DNA of 63,256 nt, the filler included, from Basidiobolus ranarum (Eukaryota): assembly GCA_040143965.1 (NCBI GenBank). It is 44 parts of 44 records of this genome, joined end to end, with 100 filler letters (N's around TTAATTAATTAA, not from the genome) between each part and the next. Parts side by side here need not be neighbours in the genome. Positions count along the whole stretch, not along the records: positions 60,489 to 61,822 come from JASJQH010012377.1; positions 61,923 to 63,256 come from JASJQH010012378.1; 42 more parts are not named here. One strand, given 5' to 3'. Within the stretch, counting starts at the first letter, position 1. The number at the start of each line of letters is the position of its first letter. This document shows positions 60,940 to 63,256 of the stretch, one piece after another. The notes below the pieces were generated by a model, which saw only the letters and a program-made list of their open reading frames with translations, did no database searches and was not told the origin of the DNA. Both the position numbers and the translations under genes were made by a program.

Positions 60940-61113
60940 TGTATTAAAGCTACTACCTTTGTATGTATTGGTGAATCTCCTGACATCAGTAAACTTGGTG
61001 GTTTTCATGGGCACAATGCACTATCTTGCTATAGATTTGGTCCAATCAATCAAGTTTACTGTATTGGGCATATGCATTACTACTATCCAAATACTACATT
61101 CCACTCCATGCTA
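60940..61113 (+). mobile_element. CACTA transposase core fragment targeted by two CACTA insertions
   Basis: IGESPDISKLGGFHGHNALSCYRF. Confidence 0.85.
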
Positions 61114-61822
61114 CCCTAACAAAAATAAAATCGGTTTGATATGGATTAGTTCCCCCCTTGTGCATTTCAAAACCATCCAAGAACAATCAAAATATTAATG
61201 GCTTGCATTCTGCCAGGGGTTTCAACAATATGATGGCAGCTTCTTGATGGTATCTTCATGGCATTCATATATGTTAAAAGAGCAGTCCTCATGTTTGTCA
61301 TGCATTATTTAATTTCTGACAATATTTGCAAAAATATAATTTTCAAATGGCAAATTAGTTGGTTTACAGCTGTAGGAATTCAAATTAATATGCATGCCTC
61401 TATTAAGACATCTTAGGCTTGGTATTCCAGCCATAATGAGACTCAAAAAATACAAGAATCTTGTTGTGTTTAGTCTCTACCTATGCACATACTTGACTGA
61501 TTTGACATAACTCAACAACATCAATATGCTTTATCAGCAAACTAATGGTGGAGAAATTCCTAAACATCTGAACTCAACAAATGTCCTGCCACAAGTAGTG
61601 GTGTCATTGCTTGAATTGATTATCCCATGGCTAAAACAATAATATGGCATATCTCCACCTGCCTCTCCCAGAAGTCTGTCTTGCAACTTTCTTGGAAATG
61701 CCACTAGATTACTACTGAAACAAATTATTTCAAGTTCTAGAGGTACTTACTCTGTGTCCATGGATTGGGTTTTGTTGCTGTTATTGGGCTCAAACAATGC
61801 AAAAACCCATGAGCACATTGAA
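61114..61822. mobile_element. CACTA terminus R linked to the transposase 3' region (-)
   Basis: CCCTAACAAAAATA; from about 61585 matches the transposase C-terminus (43370-43610). Confidence 0.82.
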
Positions 61823-61922
61823 NNNNNNNNNNNNNNNNNNNNNNNNNNNNNNNNNNNNNNNNNNNNTTAATTAATTAANNNNNNNNNNNNNNNNNNNNNN
61901 NNNNNNNNNNNNNNNNNNNNNN

Positions 61923-62575
61923 TCCATACCTTTTTGGCAGTTTTAGCTCTTGAACATTGAATTAGCAATTTGTCTTTAACATTAAGACAAATTGTGTTAA
62001 AGGCACTGTGTTCTTTTTTAATCTGGAGTGAAACTTTGGTTTCAGATAGTTTTGCATTGTTTTCTTCTTGTACAACAGTGTCCCAAAGTCCTTTTTCTTG
62101 CAGCACCATTTTCATTTTAATTTTCCAAACTTCATAATTGGTTCCATCCAATTTTTCGGACAAAGGAAAAGTTCCATAAATTTGAGAAGTAGACATTACA
62201 GAGAGTGCAAGCTTGGGGCTCATAACCTGTTAATGTATTTGGGAGCCTGTTGGAAGTGGTTTGGAGAATTAGAGAAATTGGTGGTTTTCACTTATTGATT
62301 TATTAAGAAGAAAGCTGACATTTATAGTTTTGTCAAGATGTAACCTAACTAACATGTTGAATGTGTTAAGGAAGATCCCAGGAACATGTGTGCAAAGTTT
62401 GGGGCTTCTAGCCCAAGTTAGAAAAATCTATATATCTGAGAACTTCTAAGTTGGTAAAAATATTCTAAGTAAATTCCAATTGAGACTAATTGATAATATC
62501 TTAGTGAGTTATAAGAGGACTAATTACTAAGTTATATATGACTATATAGATGCTTAGGCAATGCTAATTTCAACA
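61923..62575 (-). mobile_element. Copia family A 5' end: LTR 62575-62228, PBS 62227-62216, gag
   Basis: TGTTGAAATTAGC...TTAACA GGTTATGAGCCC; EKLDGTNYEVWKIKMKMVL. Confidence 0.93.
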
Positions 62576-62867
62576 GTTTTCACCTGTTCATATATTGAGT
62601 AGAAAGTTGTCAAATGTGGTTTTTTCACAAGGTTAGTAAGCAAGCATGTAGAATATGCTTAGTAGGATCTCAGAAGCATGGGTGCAAGTTTTTCAGCTAC
62701 CAGCACAAGCTTGAAAAATCTATATATCCAAGAACTTCCATGCAGGTAAATATTTTCCATGTCAATCCTCATTGAGAATAATGGGTGATATCTTAATGAG
62801 ATAAGGGATAACTAAATACTTTGCTCTATATGACTATATTGATGCTTAGGCAATGCCAATAGCAACA
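62576..62867 (-). repeat. Older diverged A-like LTR interrupted by the previous element
   Basis: Aligns to 62284-62575; ends GCAACA. Confidence 0.75.
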
Positions 62868-63145
62868 GCCAACAATATTTCTTTTGTTTAAATTATATTA
62901 AAACAAATAAATATACACATAATAAATACTTGAAACAATTAATGCAAGAGTCCCTGCCAGCAGGCATGTTTGATGCAATACCTCAAGTAGTAAAGGAAAT
63001 GATGGCAGATAAACAAGTTTGTTTGGTATGGAGCCAGTATATTGATAGTTGTTGGATTACATGGAGTATCAGGAAGAGGTTCAAAATACCTATCAATCTA
63101 TAAAACAGATGGCTAAATGCAGAGGTAATAAGCCTGATTATGTAG

Positions 63146-63256
63146 TGTTGGAGGATCTTGACATAATGGGGTTAGACTTTGAGTATTAGAAGCAACTTAT
63201 GATAGTGTGTTTTAGTTAGTTTATTCTTAAGAGTATATGGTGACTTATATAGTAGA
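63146..63256 (-). repeat. LTR family D, partial
   Basis: TGTTGGAGGATCTTGAC matches 42787. Confidence 0.88.

Noticed and set aside
1347-61922. Regularly spaced TTAATTAATTAA repeats as a CRISPR-like or biological array
   Set aside because: Always embedded in N44 padding between length-sorted contigs; an assembly linker.

Overview
This window is not one locus. It is 44 unrelated short contigs, sorted by length (1346 down to 1334 bp) and joined by identical 100-bp artificial spacers (N44-TTAATTAATTAA-N44), so adjacency across spacers means nothing. The source is a repeat-rich eukaryote, most likely an early-diverging fungus (inference; a Basidiobolus/Mortierella-like lineage would fit). Most contigs are decayed, strongly CpG-depleted transposons. 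They include several Ty1/copia families (my labels: LTR families A, B, D, F, G), a chromodomain-bearing Ty3/gypsy family (LTR E), and a high-copy CACTA/EnSpm (CMC) DNA transposon with CCCTAACA termini. There are also a probable IS5/Harbinger-ISL2EU-type transposase and a hAT-like end. Host-gene fragments are an antenna-type glutamate dehydrogenase, a bacterial-style NRPS terminus (A-T-TE), V-ATPase subunit A, a GH15 hydrolase, a CPA2 antiporter pseudogene, a Pro/Gln/Tyr-rich N-terminus and a small secreted 6-Cys protein. Four signals stand out. (1) The chromovirus has a Tf1-type self-priming PBS plus a U3/R hairpin whose stem co-varies between subfamilies. (2) The CACTA element carries its transposase head-to-head with a roughly 600-aa ORF I do not recognise. 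(3) Three reverse-transcription priming modes coexist: half-tRNAiMet, 3'-end tRNAiMet and self-priming. (4) The NRPS is a horizontal-transfer candidate. All calls were made by eye and no searches were run.
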